Source: Syncephalis fuscata S228 (lineage: Eukaryota > Fungi > Zoopagomycota). Taken from it: a stretch of 64,000 bases of DNA. Under the pieces are notes generated by a model, which was given only the letters and a program-made list of their open reading frames with translations, made no database searches and was not told the DNA's origin. The stretch lies in contig JAHLTZ010000024.1 in assembly GCA_025786725.1 (NCBI GenBank), positions 310,001 to 374,000 on the forward strand. The letters are read 5' to 3'. The translations under genes and the position numbers were made by a program. Shown here piece by piece: positions 40,475-54,600 of the stretch (positions within the stretch are counted from its first letter, which is position 1; each line of letters starts with the position of its first letter).

Positions 40475-43400
40475 ATGGATGTGGACTCGCTAACTGATTG
40501 GTGTGCACAACAAAATGGCGCAGTAGCCAATGATGCCCATTTGGCACATACCGCTACTTCCAAACTAGCTGCAAGACATTCACTCGACCCACAAATGTCT
40601 AGTGGTAGTGCCCAATCTATTGGCGTGTCTGCATCAGCTCAAAATCATAATCGCACTGAAAGTGCCGCTTCATTACCAACGCCATTGCCATTACATCGTA
40701 TTTCAACCGATGTTAAACATCTAACTCCAAAATCATCCTTTAGTAAATTCTCCAAATTAACTCGAGCTCGCTCGATTACTATGCCATCTTTACCACAATC
40801 ATTTTCCATTACGGGAGATAAAAAACTATTTGGAAAATCAGATAAGAAGAATGCAGTTGCCACTTCTCCTGAATTACGTCGCGATTCGTCCTCGAGTCAA
40901 CACGGATTGAGGAGTGTCGTATCTGGTTTTATGCGTAAAAAGAACACAGCACCATCCATTTCGGAACGAAGCGATATTTCTGAAAGCAGTCTCAATGACC
41001 AAGCTTCTGGTAATGATACAACGGAAGGATCGCCTAAAAAATCCACAATGAAAAAGCTTCGACGCAAGAAGGTTGCCTTGGAGGCAGATAAGCGCGTTAG
41101 TATTTTGGCCGAAAGAGATACTCGAGGCTGGGATGTTGATGTGCTATTTACTGAGGCTGAAGTTGAACTGGAACGTTTAAAGCAACGTAAAAGTCTTGAT
41201 TCGACTCGAGTATTTTCACCGGTAGTAACGGCTGCGCTGCGGGATTTGCCCGATGTAAATGATGCTGAACAGGCAGCAAAACCAAAGCCAAGCCAATTGA
41301 TGTAATACTATCGTCTGAATTGGACAAAGAAGTAACGGCGGATAAGCAGTCATTTTCAGGTTCATTGGATAGTGAACAAACACTATCTACTGCTGAAATG
41401 CTTTCTGAGAATATTACTTCAATGCAAGACTCAATGAACACGCTTCATCCATCTGAACCGAGTGCAGCCGATACATGTTTACCAGATGTATCAACTACTG
41501 CGACAGATCATTTGAATAATCATTCTTTATTAATATCAAATACATTGCCAGCCGAAGATTTACATTCCAATGAAGAAGAAAAGAAAGAAGAGGAGGAGGA
41601 AGAGGAAGAAGTAAAAATTACCGATATTTATAGTCCATTAACTACTTCACTTCGTTTGACTGCTTCACCTTTGGAAGAAAATCCAACAACACCGGCTACT
41701 CTTCCAATGGCCTCATCTTCTAATTTGGGACGAAATCGTCGTAGCTGTCTAAGTATTACACGGACACGTAGTGGTCGACTTCGTTTATCGCCTGCTTCTT
41801 CCGTTGCTGTAACGGCTCTTCACTCTGAGCCTGTAGTATCGATGGGTCGAGCTAGCGGCATGAGTCACGGCGAAAGCCACCATGAAGCGGATCGATTAAG
41901 TCGAAAAGTATCCAGTGAAACACCGCTACCTACTTTTGAAAATGATAAAAATTATATGCCTGCAGCCAATCGTAAATCTCGTAGTGGCGATTTATTGCGT
42001 GCATTAGCTATACAAGCCGATGCCTCTTCTCTGCAAGATGATAGGCCACGTCATGGTCGTATGCGTGCCTATACCACTTCGGCTGCCGCTACTTCCCGGC
42101 CTAATTCGTATGTGGCCGATGCAGGCGCCGATAGCTTCCGTCGTCGGCCCCAGCCAACTGAGCGAAGCTGGCGCATTTTTTCATGGTTTGTTCGTAGCCG
42201 TGAAACATCCGATACACCACCGCCATCTGATCGATACAGTGGCAACGGGGTGGTTCAGGTGCCCATACCATTAGCGATACAAGTCTTATTGCTGGTTCAT
42301 ACCAGCACCATAGCAGTACTCATTATTATAATAGTAATAATACTACTAATCATCATAATCATAATATGCGTCGTCGTCAGCCGGCTCGACCAAGTGTACG
42401 GTCCATTTGGCCAACTACAGATGGCTTTGGACAGCCATCACATATGCTTCGACAAAAATTGAGTCAGTCGAACACCAATAGCAGCACGGACCTTAAGCAT
42501 CGTTTGCTGCGGCCATGGAGTGCCGTCGAGCCGATAGAATCTATGCAAGTAGATGTTACAGAACAGAGTGATCAATTTAAATCTATATTAGATGATAGCG
42601 AATCAATTAAGTTTGCCGCCACTTTAGGGATGCAAGTATCGCCATTCACCAGTAAGCAATCAATTCCTAGAATGCAGAGCAATACACATCGCTCGTCGGA
42701 CCATCAACACCATCAGCCACGTCCATTATCGTCACCTAGTCTTTTATACGGTGGTGGCCACGCTGATAAATGGTGGCAAGCGAGAAATGCTATTGCTCCT
42801 AGTTCGCGCTCAGAAAAACCAACTTTATCTAAACAATCGCGGCATAGCCTTGCCACTTTTCGTGCTAGACTCAGTGCAACGCGTCTTGCTCTAATGATTG
42901 CTGCTTCTCCGCGATCATCAGGCAATGCGATGATGTACCGTTACAGTGATCTATATAACCATTCTATAAACTACAATCGACCAAGATCTACAATAGATTT
43001 AAATAAGACGCGGCAATACTTACCAAGATCGAGCTACCGTCATCGCTCTTCACCTTACGAGGCAGCAGTGGCAACAGCAAAACCGCGTCCTATTAGTTAT
43101 CAAGAATTAAGTACATCCCGTTTTTCTAACAGTAGAAGACTTTCATCAACTATCGAAGCAGCCGGCCTACGCTTTTCGTCGACAGGTCGTCGGCGACGGT
43201 CAGAACTAATGCGACGTTTGTCTTTAAATCAATTCAACGCCGCCAACAACAGCGACCTACTTCTTCGGTCGCATCCATTATTATTGCTTCATCTAGCGTG
43301 CGCAATACGCCGCCCAATACTATTACCCATCAAATATTTGATCGATCTGTGAATACTTTGTCATCTAGCGATAAAGATCAGTTGCCGAAAAAACAAATTT

Positions 43401-43758
43401 AAAGACTACTGCACTGATGAATAATATCGATAGATTGCAACTTGCTACACCTAGTCTGGCCGACGAACTACGTATGCTTATTATTGGTAGTTGGCGTCGC
43501 GGCTTCTTTGCCACCAACACTTCGACTGTAATTAATCACCATGACTATACCACCGCTGCCGCTTCGCCAATTAATACCGGATCGCTTCGACGCCAAACAA
43601 CACGTCGACGACGTCCAAAATCTGGTCTACGCTCGTCGCGTCCCGTGTCCCGCGTATCGGCGATTAGCTGCGCTAGTAGCGATCTCGATGCTTGGCCACG
43701 AAGCGAATGTGGCACATTAGTACAAATGGAACACTTTGAAGGCTTCGACGGCTTTTAA
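40475..43758 (+). CDS. Large Ser/Arg-rich disordered hypothetical protein, broken by apparent frameshifts
   Basis: Consecutive or overlapping ORFs 40475-41305, 41320-42462, 42366-43352 and 43417-43758 with continuous coding-like composition and no clear introns. No family recognised. Confidence 0.6.
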
Positions 43759-44115
43759 CTATTATTCTCTTTTATTTCTCCATGTTCTTCCTATCGCCAG
43801 TGCATTTTCCTGGTTGTATATCTGTGAGCGTTTGTTTTTATTTTATTAAATGCTGTTTAATTACACCATATCATCATTTAACCAATGAACATGTTCTATA
43901 ATAATGATTTTTTGTGTCAAGCGACACGTATCATTTGATGCATTTATTGCTAACTGGTAAATGTGTTTTATAATAATGAGTGGTTTGATGGTATAATGAC
44001 TTTTATTCTTAATGCATTTATTCATTTACTATTAATCTATTCTATGATGTACTAACATGTTGGGTAGATTGACTATTATTATTTCACATTGCATTTATTA
44101 ATGAATTAAACTCTT

Positions 44116-44907
44116 TGTTTATAAATATTGACTGACAGGCTCACAGCTCACAATCTACGTCATCACACTTTTCTTTCTCTTTCTTTACACTTGATAGCAT
44201 ATATTCATTGCATATATTGTACACTCCATATATGCTAATAGATAGTGTCAGTATTGACTGATACTAGTTATGTACAAACACTTCTACACTATGTTTTGCG
44301 TTGCTCTTTGTAATCTGACCTTTTTGTAAATCACCTTTTTCACTTTGATCATTGCTTTTTGGCACCTTTATTAACGTAGTAAGCACATTTATGGTTTGTT
44401 CTGTGCTATGTTGAATATGTACTGTTGAAGCCTCGTATATGCTTTATTTGTTATGGATCACAATTACAATCTATCTGGCAACAGTTTTGCCATCTCAGCA
44501 GTGACAGTGCAATATGCTATTGTAGTGACAATCTATGGCAAACTGAAGCATACAGCGACTTTGGCAGTATATAGCCACTACATTTGTTGTATACAGCTAC
44601 TGTATGTGCAGTTGCCAATACAATGACTGTAGCGACTATATGCGTTGTTACCTTGTCATCAAATGCCCTCCTCTTTGCTCTTTTCCACTAACTAAACATT
44701 CTAATTCATCAGTACTGCTTTTTAGCATTATTATTTTACAATATGTATTATTCCCTGTTTTTGCACTGCTCGTTCTGGCCCAGTACTGTTACTGACATCA
44801 ATGTTTATTATAGATTGGTACAGAGGATTTGTTTGCAATATATCTTACTAGTCTATACGTAAAACGCGTCATTTTCTAATTTATCAAGCAGACATTACTG
44901 TGTTTAT
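44116..44907. repeat. ~800-bp unclassified dispersed repeat (inverted copy at ~58652-59446)
   Basis: Reverse-complement match over the full length; the ORF track shows twin ORFs 44604-44795 (+) and 58742-58954 (-). Confidence 0.9.
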
Positions 44908-45082
44908 TTAATTAGGCATATTCTTGACAAGTATAGACAAGTTTATACAATATTACCAATATTCAAATAAAAATAATAGATTCTTATGTTAAAAACGCTT
45001 TATTTATCTGATCTTATTGTTATTTACGAACTATTAATTTAATAAATCATTTGTATATTCATAGTATTTAAATCCACTTTAA

Positions 45083-45709
45083 TTACCATGGACATACAAG
45101 TTGCCACCAACTTACACCGCTGCCACCTTCTCGCCACTCCTGAAGACAATTATCGGCATTTTTCATAATAGCACTGCGTCCCCATGAACTAACAATTTCA
45201 CCCGAGTTGCTATCTACAATAGTAAGCTGCGGAATCATTTGCACGCCTACTCGCGAAGCCAATGATTTTCTACGTTCGCTGTGGCTCCATGGCACGGCTA
45301 ACCAACTATTTTTGGTTGAAATGTATTCGGCAGCCGCATCAGGATCGGTGTCTAGCGATACTAGTACTACCTGAAAGACTGTGCGATTCTTTTGCGCGAA
45401 TGCCTTAAGGATCGGCGAGAATTGTTGACAAGGCGGACACCACGACGCCGAAAAGTATATACCGATAAGTGGTCGCTCGTCGGCTGAGGCGCTATAAAGC
45501 GGCAGACTAGGCGAGGCGGCCACGCCTTCATGATCGACCAAACCGCCATTCAGTAATAAAGGTAAAATGCCATGAAATAATGCGCCAGGTACTTGCAAGC
45601 CAAGTGGCTTGTCGTCGTCGTCGTCGTCGTCTGAATTTTCTAATTCATCGTCGTCTCTTTCTTTAGAAGGTAAATGACAAACATCGCCATCACATATAGG
45701 CTCGCTCAT
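45083..45709 (-). CDS. Nucleoredoxin/tryparedoxin-like thioredoxin-fold protein
   Basis: IGIYFSASWCPPCQQFSPILK, FQVVLVSLDTD, WLAVPW, GVQMIPQLTIVD. Likely start MSEPICDGDVC. Confidence 0.9.
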   Translation of the reverse strand: MSEPICDGDVCHLPSKERDDDELENSDDDDDDDKPLGLQVPGALFHGILPLLLNGGLVDHEGVAASPSLPLYSASADERPLIGIYFSASWCPPCQQFSPILKAFAQKNRTVFQVVLVSLDTDPDAAAEYISTKNSWLAVPWSHSERRKSLASRVGVQMIPQLTIVDSNSGEIVSSWGRSAIMKNADNCLQEWREGGSGVSWWQLVCPW

Positions 45710-45797
45710 TGTAGGATGCCAACTAAACGCTTTAATTAAAAAAGGAGACGTAGTTATTGGTAACTGGAAAAGGGAAGGAAAGGATAAAGAATAAATT

Positions 45798-48538
45798 TTA
45801 ACGTTGATAAAGTGCAGCTTGATAGCGTTCAGCAAATCCAGCTCGATCAGCTAGAACACGCTCTGCCTTATTGTAAATGTCGGCAGCTTGGTGGAATCGG
45901 CCACCGCTAAGGTGCCATTGAATATAGGCCATCCATGTTGCTAATACGCCATTAGATATACTATTTAATCAGTATCATTTAGAGACATACCTTCACTGGT
46001 GTTATCTGCTTGTACCATACGATCAAATAGCCAGTCGATACGCTGGTTTGCCGTGCGGTCTGTAGCGGAAGTAGCCTCGTTTTGTTCAATTTGAATGCAA
46101 CGTTCAAAAAGCAATTTAGTAGCTGGAACAGCGTGTATAATACTAATAGGATATTAGTGTTAGTCTATAGCATTTTTGTAACTTGTATCAATTACCGATC
46201 GGCAATGCGTCGCACTTCTTTAAGTCCTTGCCGTTTAAATGTCCAGTTAACAAAATGTGTCTGCACTAATGAGCAAATCTCTTCAGCCACTAATTGACTT
46301 GTCATTTTGATGTGGCCTGATTGTGCAGTGGCATGTAATACAGCATCCTAATACATCATAGCTTATCAGTATCACCAACTACTATTAATTACTCATTACT
46401 TGCCATGTATTCTTGTTCTGCTTGGTCTTCATTAATTTCATCGTTGCGCCAAAGTGTTTCGATTGTTTCTATAAGCCCTTGCCAGAGCGGTACTGATGAT
46501 GCACATTGAGATAATGCAGCTTGGTAGTTGGCTATTTCATTATTCATAAACTGTTATTATACTAAAATAATATAGTAGTAAATAATTCATACCTAGTCGT
46601 TGCTTGTCCGATAAAAGTGCCAACTGTTCTAGCCATAAGCTCTCTTGTTCAGGATATTGACTGGTAGCCAATACAAGGATTTGTAATGCTATATCGACTG
46701 TATTAGTCATACATATTGAGTTGATAAAACCTTACCATTATCGGTATCTTCAAGTGTAGATTTGGTAAATCGTGCCCATTGAAGATATACATCAGCTGTA
46801 GCTTGGCTATTTTGGTGTGCCTGTTCAAATGCTTCTTTCATTGAACCAACTAAATATTTACGGATATTTTCTTCACTTGTTATGCGTAACTGCTTTGCCA
46901 AAAACGAGCAATGATGTTCGCGGATCTCACCATTTTGAATGGTCTATACAAAGAATAATGAGTAAATTATTAAATAAACTTTGGCTTCGCTATTACCTGA
47001 ATGGCTGTCTTGTATTCTTCCACAGCTTTACGCAGTCCTTCAACAAAAGCAACTGTATCTGGAAGTACACCGTTCAAGTGTCGTTCGGCCAATAAAGCAT
47101 GTGCCTCTACCGAATCGCTGAATTCATTGGCAATACTATTTCATATATTTATACTTATAATCAATATAATAAAATAAAATTAATATTTACCTTTCGTAAA
47201 TCTGGTTACGGCCGGCCTCATGCCCTGAGAAATGTGCATAAACATCTAAGAATTGCTTTCTGAATTGTAGATCACTTGGAATTTCTATCCATTGATTAGT
47301 GTTATTGCTGTTTATTAGCTATTTTGTTTACCTTTAATAGCAAATTGATAGACAATTTTAGCAATTGTTCCTTCTGATAGACTGTCAACTAGATCACTAG
47401 GCTGTTTAGCGGCTTCGGTCGTTTTAGCAATCATTTCTTGGTGTTGTTGCTAAATAAGCAGCATTAGCCATTGTTTAATCTATTATTGTATACTTACAGA
47501 TACTGGTTCCTTTGGCTCATCAATATCAAGTTCAAGCATATCCTTATCAAATTCAGCCTTTGAATCTACATTATCAGTTTTATCTTGACGTGGTTGATCC
47601 GCTACAGTAGATACATTCTATATTTCGAATAATAAATATATAGCAATTCCATTAAGATTATAGCTTACCTTGTCAAGACCAAGTACCAGTCGTCTTTGTC
47701 GATCATTTCAATATAGGCCAATTCAAGGCGGAAATACTCGATCCATAGCTCCTTTGAATTACCGTTAAATCTCAAACCACGTTGCATCATGGCTAATACA
47801 TGGTTATGATTAGTATCATGTCAGTTAAAATAGCGTATAATGCGACAATAATGGCTTACCTCGTGCAGCTACAATGCTGCCATTCTCTTCAAATTCCCAA
47901 GCAGCTGCGTAGATCCAAAGCGAAGGTTTGGTTGGATGCAACTGAAGTGCACGTGCAATTGTTCTACTTAATAGACGTGTAGAATCCTTCTTTTTAAGAT
48001 AGTCGGCATATTGTAGCCATAGTTTAACGTCTCCATGAAATCGATTAATTGCACGTTCGTATATTTTACAAACACGCTGTTGGCCTGAATAATCACCGCG
48101 TGATGTTTTCTTTAGTTCTCCACGTTTGAATTCTATTATTATTATTATTAGTTAGTTGTTGGTTAGTTAGTTAAATGATAATAATCAGCTATTTGAGTGA
48201 TGGTTTATTACCTGTACGGCCACGGCGTTCTTTAATAAGTCTATCCAAGTTGTCCTCATACTCGATATAGCGAAGAAAATCAATTTATGTGGCTGGCGAC
48301 GCTTGATAGAGTATTCAAACTTTGTTCGTCTTTTTATAATAGAAATACGCTCCACCTATACAAAGTTATAGTGACATTCAGTGAATGAGTCAGTTATTAG
48401 CATAAACATGCCACATTCCATTGTTTAAAGATTCACTACCACAGTAGTCATACATACCTTGCTGATAATACTACGTTCCTCCAGATCCTCCAGCTCTGGG
48501 ACCATCTCCTCAAGGTAGCGCTGTATAACATCCGTCAT
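45798..48538 (-). CDS. UTP6: U3 snoRNA-associated protein 6 (HAT repeats)
   Basis: MTDVIQRYLEEMVPELEDLEERSIISK, IIKRRTKFEYSIKRR, YERAINRFHGDVKLWLQYADY, LWIYAAAWEFEENGSIVAAR, YFRLELAYIE. Many introns, probable indel errors. Confidence 0.9.
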
Positions 48539-50505
48539 AGTGTATGATTCACGATGATAATAGGTTATGTAAATTCAGAAAAAAAACAAAATATAATAAA
48601 AATTGGTGCAATAAAAAACATTTTTTTCTTTAAAATGCCACACAGTATTTTTATTTACTATGGGACTGGCCGATTTATTAAGTAAAAATTAAACACATCC
48701 CATAAAAGTGTATAATTAATTAAAATATAGATTTAGGTAAATCATAGTGTTTATAAACCAACTAATAATGATGATAATAAACATTTATAAATATCAGTGA
48801 TTAGCAAAGTGTTATTTAAATGGATTCATTATAGTTTTATTGTAACTTTCTGGTTTTGTTTTACCTAAAAGCTTAATTGACATTGTGTCATTAGAAAGGC
48901 TGCAAAATAAGCAACTTTTGTATACATTTATTTATCCTTAATGTAGCAAATAAACTTTAATTACCATCTGAAATCGTCATAATTGTTGTATAGATCAATA
49001 ATAAAATGTATACAATTGGTATATTCTGAACTGTTTAGATGATTTGTTTGCATTAATATAAAATCTTTTGGTTAATAAATATCTTACTGCTTTGGTTTAT
49101 AATCAACATTTAAGTTTACAAAACAGCGCTTTAATTAATAGTATAAATATTAATGACCTATATTAAATCTACATTGTAACATTTCTAATTAATAATAGGT
49201 AGCACCCTGTACCCATTATATCCTATTGCAGTTGGTAACATGCCAAGTAAGATTTCCCCACAATGCATAGTGCAATTTGACGTCATAAATCATCTCCATT
49301 AATTGTACTACACTCCTTAACTAGAAAAGGTACTTAATTATACATTCCCCTGAACAATACATAGGCTCTAGCTAACTATCTTGTGCCAAGGGGCATCAAT
49401 TATAATTGAAGTGGTTGTCAATTTAGGTTTATAGCAGAAAGGGGCAAGCACTGCCCAGACTTATTGAAAAGTCCACGCTGCTCAAGGTTGGTTGCTGATC
49501 AACATAGCTATGACAAGGAGAAGTGTATTATGTGGTATTAGCAATAATATGTAATACGTCATTAAAGATCACCATTCAGTCATAACCGATCATTAGCCGT
49601 GGATAGCGGTAAGGAAAAACTGCTTTATTACAATGTGCATTAATAATAGTGGTGCCCACATTGACCAACTACTTATCCACACAGCTATTTACACCGACTA
49701 GACAACGCCATGAATAGTCTACATATAAGCCAATTAACTTTACTGGAAAGCCGTAACCAGTTTACCGTTGTTTCCCCAGTTACTGCCCCTTTCAATAAAC
49801 AAAAATGAAAGCATCTTTGTTTATTTGTTCCCTTGCCCAAAGAAGCGCTAAGTCAACTGTGGAGCTGCTTCATATTCCGGCCTTCTTAGTATAGCTCGGT
49901 TAACATCAAAGGAAGAACAGTTACCGGCCAAGCTGCTCTACTTGTTAATATCATTTACGCGACGGAAATTTAATGAGCTGCGTGCATGCCCCACATGTAT
50001 ACTGCTATACTCCCCTGGTCAACTGTCACCTTGCGTGCCATTACCCTTACCTCATGCTGGGTCTCCTTTGCGTACATCAGGTAGCCATGACATGCCACTC
50101 CTGTGAATTGTTTTTTCTCTCTCTGTAGTGTGCTCTCATCGACTTGCTCTTCCATCGACTCGCTCTCTCTCATTCACTCTCACTCACAATCAATCTCTTC
50201 TCTCCGTTCCGCTTCTTTTTGTGTGACGAAATAGGCGCTTCTCCTTGGGTCTTATGTTGTGTGTTCCGACATGACTGGCTCCTTGGTAGTCGACTGCCAT
50301 TGCCATTCTATCTATATAATAGACTTGTCATTGTTGGCGCGTAACGACAACCATTAGCAATTTATTTACAAGTCTTGTTTATTTGACACCTACACACAGC
50401 TAGATATTTTATGCTTGCTCTGGAATAGCTACACTATTTGATTATATACGCTATTGCTGTTGGTTGCATTTTTAAGTTTGACATATCGCTACTGTTTAAG
50501 TAACT

Positions 50506-51189
50506 ATGTCTGCTACTGCTACTGCTACTCTTTGTGCACCACTACGCACTACCTATCGTATTACACAAACCCATTCACTGCTTGCTAGTCACGATGCCCG
50601 TGCCGGTACATTAAGCTTAGTGGCTGCACCATTGCCTAATCCCGCCGTTGCTCATAAACTAACCGTTAACCTTACAGACAGCTTAATCGGCAACACTAAT
50701 AAATCTACACTTGCTTTTGAGAGACGAGTAAGCAGATTGCCTATTTTTGCGCAAATCACCGATGAGGAGCACCGTCGACAGTCACAATTACTAGTCGCGC
50801 AAACGCTGATCGGGGAGTTTAATCTGCTGTTGGCCGACCTTAGTATTGTACATGCCCGCTATTCAGACCAATTGGCCACACTTGAGAAGCAGCGCATCTC
50901 CCCGTACCGTCTCCAAAATGCCGAAGGGCTTGTGGTGAACACAAAGGCTACCGCCTTTGCATTCGAAACACTTACACTGGCCGATCAATTGACACGGCGT
51001 TTTTTGCAGCGTCGACCCACACTAAGCCGGTGCATCGCCGCGGCTGGCCGTTTAGAACTTGGCCGCTGGGCCGAAGAAACTGATCTATTAATACACGAGA
51101 CACGCCACTTTCTTTACATGCGCCACTGGTCTATTTCCGAAGACGCGACACGAGTTATTATCAAGTCATCGACATCCACTATTTGTTAG
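50506..51189 (+). CDS. Uncharacterised helical protein with RLPIF motif; paralog of 35726-36558
   Basis: Intronless 227-aa ORF: SRLPIFAQITDEEHRRQSQLLVAQTLIGEF...LATLEKQRISP...TLTLADQL...IHETRHFL. Confidence 0.75.
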   Translation: MSATATATLCAPLRTTYRITQTHSLLASHDARAGTLSLVAAPLPNPAVAHKLTVNLTDSLIGNTNKSTLAFERRVSRLPIFAQITDEEHRRQSQLLVAQTLIGEFNLLLADLSIVHARYSDQLATLEKQRISPYRLQNAEGLVVNTKATAFAFETLTLADQLTRRFLQRRPTLSRCIAAAGRLELGRWAEETDLLIHETRHFLYMRHWSISEDATRVIIKSSTSTIC

Positions 51190-51671
51190 TCTAAATTTCT
51201 ATACATATGTGCTAGTCAAAGTACATTAATTTTAGTACAATTGTGCAGCTTTTCTAACTAGTTTGCATTTATTATAAATATCATAATTATAGCCGTAATA
51301 AATAGATGCGTTATACAAAGAACAGCAATATTGGTTAGCAGTTACTATTAAATATTAATTACACACACACGCACGCATATATATATATGTCGGAGTAATA
51401 ATACTTTATTATAATACAAATGACGTGTGCTATCTATTACTTTCTATGGTGGCACATACCATTGCTCACTAGATGTTTATGTTTCATTTCTATGGCCAAT
51501 AATCAAACCAATATGTTCCATCTGCACACGCATTGATATTATTCCTTAATTGCCTTGACTGCCTTCATTTCCCTCTATTTCTATTTCTCTGCCTAATCTA
51601 TTGATAGGCACCTTCCTTTTTCTTATAGCATCCCTTCTATTTACCACTAAATAGTGGCCTATTTCTTTATC

Positions 51672-54600
51672 ATGTTTCAATCCAACTTTCCTAATGGCAA
51701 TCCTAACTATCTTCCGTCCACACAACAAGGGTCGCAACAACAGCAAGTGATGAATCAGCTGGTGATGCGTCCTGTTCCCGGTACCGGACCACCAGCGGGC
51801 AGCGGTCCAGCTTATGGACTACCAACTACTGGTAAAGATGAAGCAGTGTTAGTATTTGCCGTACTAACAATCAAGTTTATTTGGATCGGCTATAGAGCCG
51901 TTAAAGTTTCTTAGGCCTCTGGACCAGAAAAAGTTTGAACAGTTATTTGCCGGTGGCTCATTGGATGGCCTGCGTATTGCCGGTAGGTAGATTAGCTATA
52001 CAGTATGTATAGATTTAACCTATGGGCATTAAATAGGAGATGCAGTTCGAGATATTCTACAACGCTCTAAACTATCCAATAGCGCATTAGCGCGTATTTG
52101 GCAAGTAGAAAGCAGTAGTGTAGGTAATATACTAATAGGTATATAATAGGTCACTAGCAGATACACGCAAGCCGGCTCTTTAACCTTTCCAGAGTTTGCA
52201 GTGGCAATGTATTTGACCAATCTAGCAGTGCAAGGTAACGATGTACCAAATCAATTGCCAGCAGCAATTAGAGATGAAGTAAGTCGTATTATGAATGGAC
52301 CAGGTGGCTTGGTACGAGTTACCGATCCAGGAAAAGGAATGAATCCAAATGGCACACCATTAAGTGGTCCCGTACAAATGTCGAATATGCAGGTGGGACC
52401 TGTCAATTCATTTCAACAACAGTCAGGACCGTCTATTACTACGGGACCCAGTAGTAATTACTCGTCATATGCGCCATCATCTGCTAGTAACAGTAGCTAT
52501 TCTACACAAATACAGCCATATCAAGCATTGCCTCCACCATCCTCGTCAGGATCAGTATCATCAGGTTTCATGCCATCTATGAGCAATAATACGGCAAATG
52601 TGCCATGGGCAGTTACACCTGAGGAGAAAGCGGCTTATGACCAAGTATTTACGGCTTGGGATACGCGCGGTATTGGATTTATTTCAGGAGAGACAGCACG
52701 GGCCATTTTCGGTCAATCTGGTCTAAGTGCATCGGCTCTTGCGCAAGTCTGGCAGTTATCTGATATCCATAATCATGGCAAATTAAATGCCAATGAATTT
52801 GCTGTAGCCATGCATTTAATTCATCGTGCACTGGCTGGCCAACCAGTACCATATCGGCTTAGTCCAGATCTTATTCCGCCTTCAACGCGTGATTTAACTG
52901 ATTCAGTCAGCTCACTTAAGAATTCATTAGTTCAAGACATTGTACAGCAACGGCATATGAGTGCTGCTTATGGTGGCAAGTTCTCTCAAGGTAATAGCTT
53001 AGATGGATCGGTTAGTTCCAATCGTTCGCGTTATGGTAAGGAACGTGACGTTGAAGACTGGGACAATGTATATCGACCACCTCGTATGGGCGATGTTCGT
53101 AAATTGAACGACGATGATTTGTTTGGTGAAATCGAATCACCTGGCTACCGCTCAGCTAATAGAAGAAAGCCAGCACAGCGTCGTAAAGATGACGATCCAT
53201 GGGCTAATCTACGTTCTACTGCTGAACGATATGGCACTTCATCTTTATCAGATTCAGGTAGTTCTACTTCGATAGCTGATAGAAGTGGATCTGGCAGAGC
53301 ATCACAGGAAACAATTGCCGAGTTAAGAAAGCAATTAGGTGAACAGCGTATTTTACTTGAAGCACTTTCCTACTCTGCCGGTGATGCAGATTCACAATAT
53401 GTAACAGATGATGAACGTAAAGCACGGGATGATATGCGTGAAGTGGCTGTGAAAGTACGTGAACTTGAAAAAAGAATAGCCATTGCTGAAGGTGCACCTC
53501 AACTGGAAGATAAAGAGCCAGATAGAACGGCAGTAAATGTTTCGGTTGAAACGATGGATTTAAGTAAATTTACACCTGCAGCCATGGTCAGTAACAATGA
53601 TATTGAGTCATCGTCAGCACTTTTACGTATTTATCACTATCATCATCATCATCACAAGTTGATGCGGCAATTGCCGCATCGCGTGCTTCTTTAACGCCTA
53701 AGCCTTCACCGCCTAAGCCTTCACCGCCTGTTTCAGCGTCGTCTATTCCAACTACACCATCAACACCGGCAAAATCAGATCCAGATGCTATTAAAAATAA
53801 AGCAGCAGAACTATTGGCACAGCGTATGGCTGCACTAACCGGCAAGTCCATTCCAGTTCAATCAACTAAGCCGGCTGAGCCAGAAAAGCCGGTTGAAACG
53901 ACACCGGAACCACCAAAAGAAACAGCGCCAACTATGTCAAATCTACTTGCTTCAGCTACCACAAAAGAAGAGCGACAAAAGATTATTCAAGAACAAGCAG
54001 AACGACGTATGAAAGAACGAGAGAAGTTTCTACGCGATACTATGGGCGATCGTTTTCCTGTATCGCCAACGGCATCACAAGGTTCTACAGCGTCAAATGC
54101 CACCAATGCCATGTCTAAACCGGCTGATACTACCTCAGAATCAGCAGTAAAGCCAGCTGAAACAATTCCACCAGCACCTTCTACTAGTGCAGGTAGCAAT
54201 AATCCATTCCGCGCTATGGCAGCAGCTACAGCAGCTACACCAGAAGATGAAGAAGCGGCAGCACGTAAACGGGAAGAAGAACAAGCTGAAGCAGAACGCC
54301 AACGAGCAGCTGCACGTGAAACAATGCTAAGTAATGCTAAAGCAGCTAGAGAGCGGGCACAACAAGCGGAAAAAGACGCACTAAAAGAAGTCACAAATCA
54401 GCCACGGTCACCATTTAGCTCATCAACTATCAATACATTGAAATCGACAGCAGCACCAGCACCAGAAGTGATTAAAGGCGCTGAGGCTGGTTATTCAACG
54501 ATTGATAGCGATCGTGATGCCGTGGCAGAAGCAGCTCGTAATGCACGAGCCCAAATATCCAATACGTTTAATCCAGCAGGTTCAGGAAGTACTCGTTCAT

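Noticed and set aside
44604-44795. Cys-containing ORF duplicated at 58742-58954
   Set aside because: It lies inside the 800-bp repeat, the frames diverge between copies, and no motif is recognisable.
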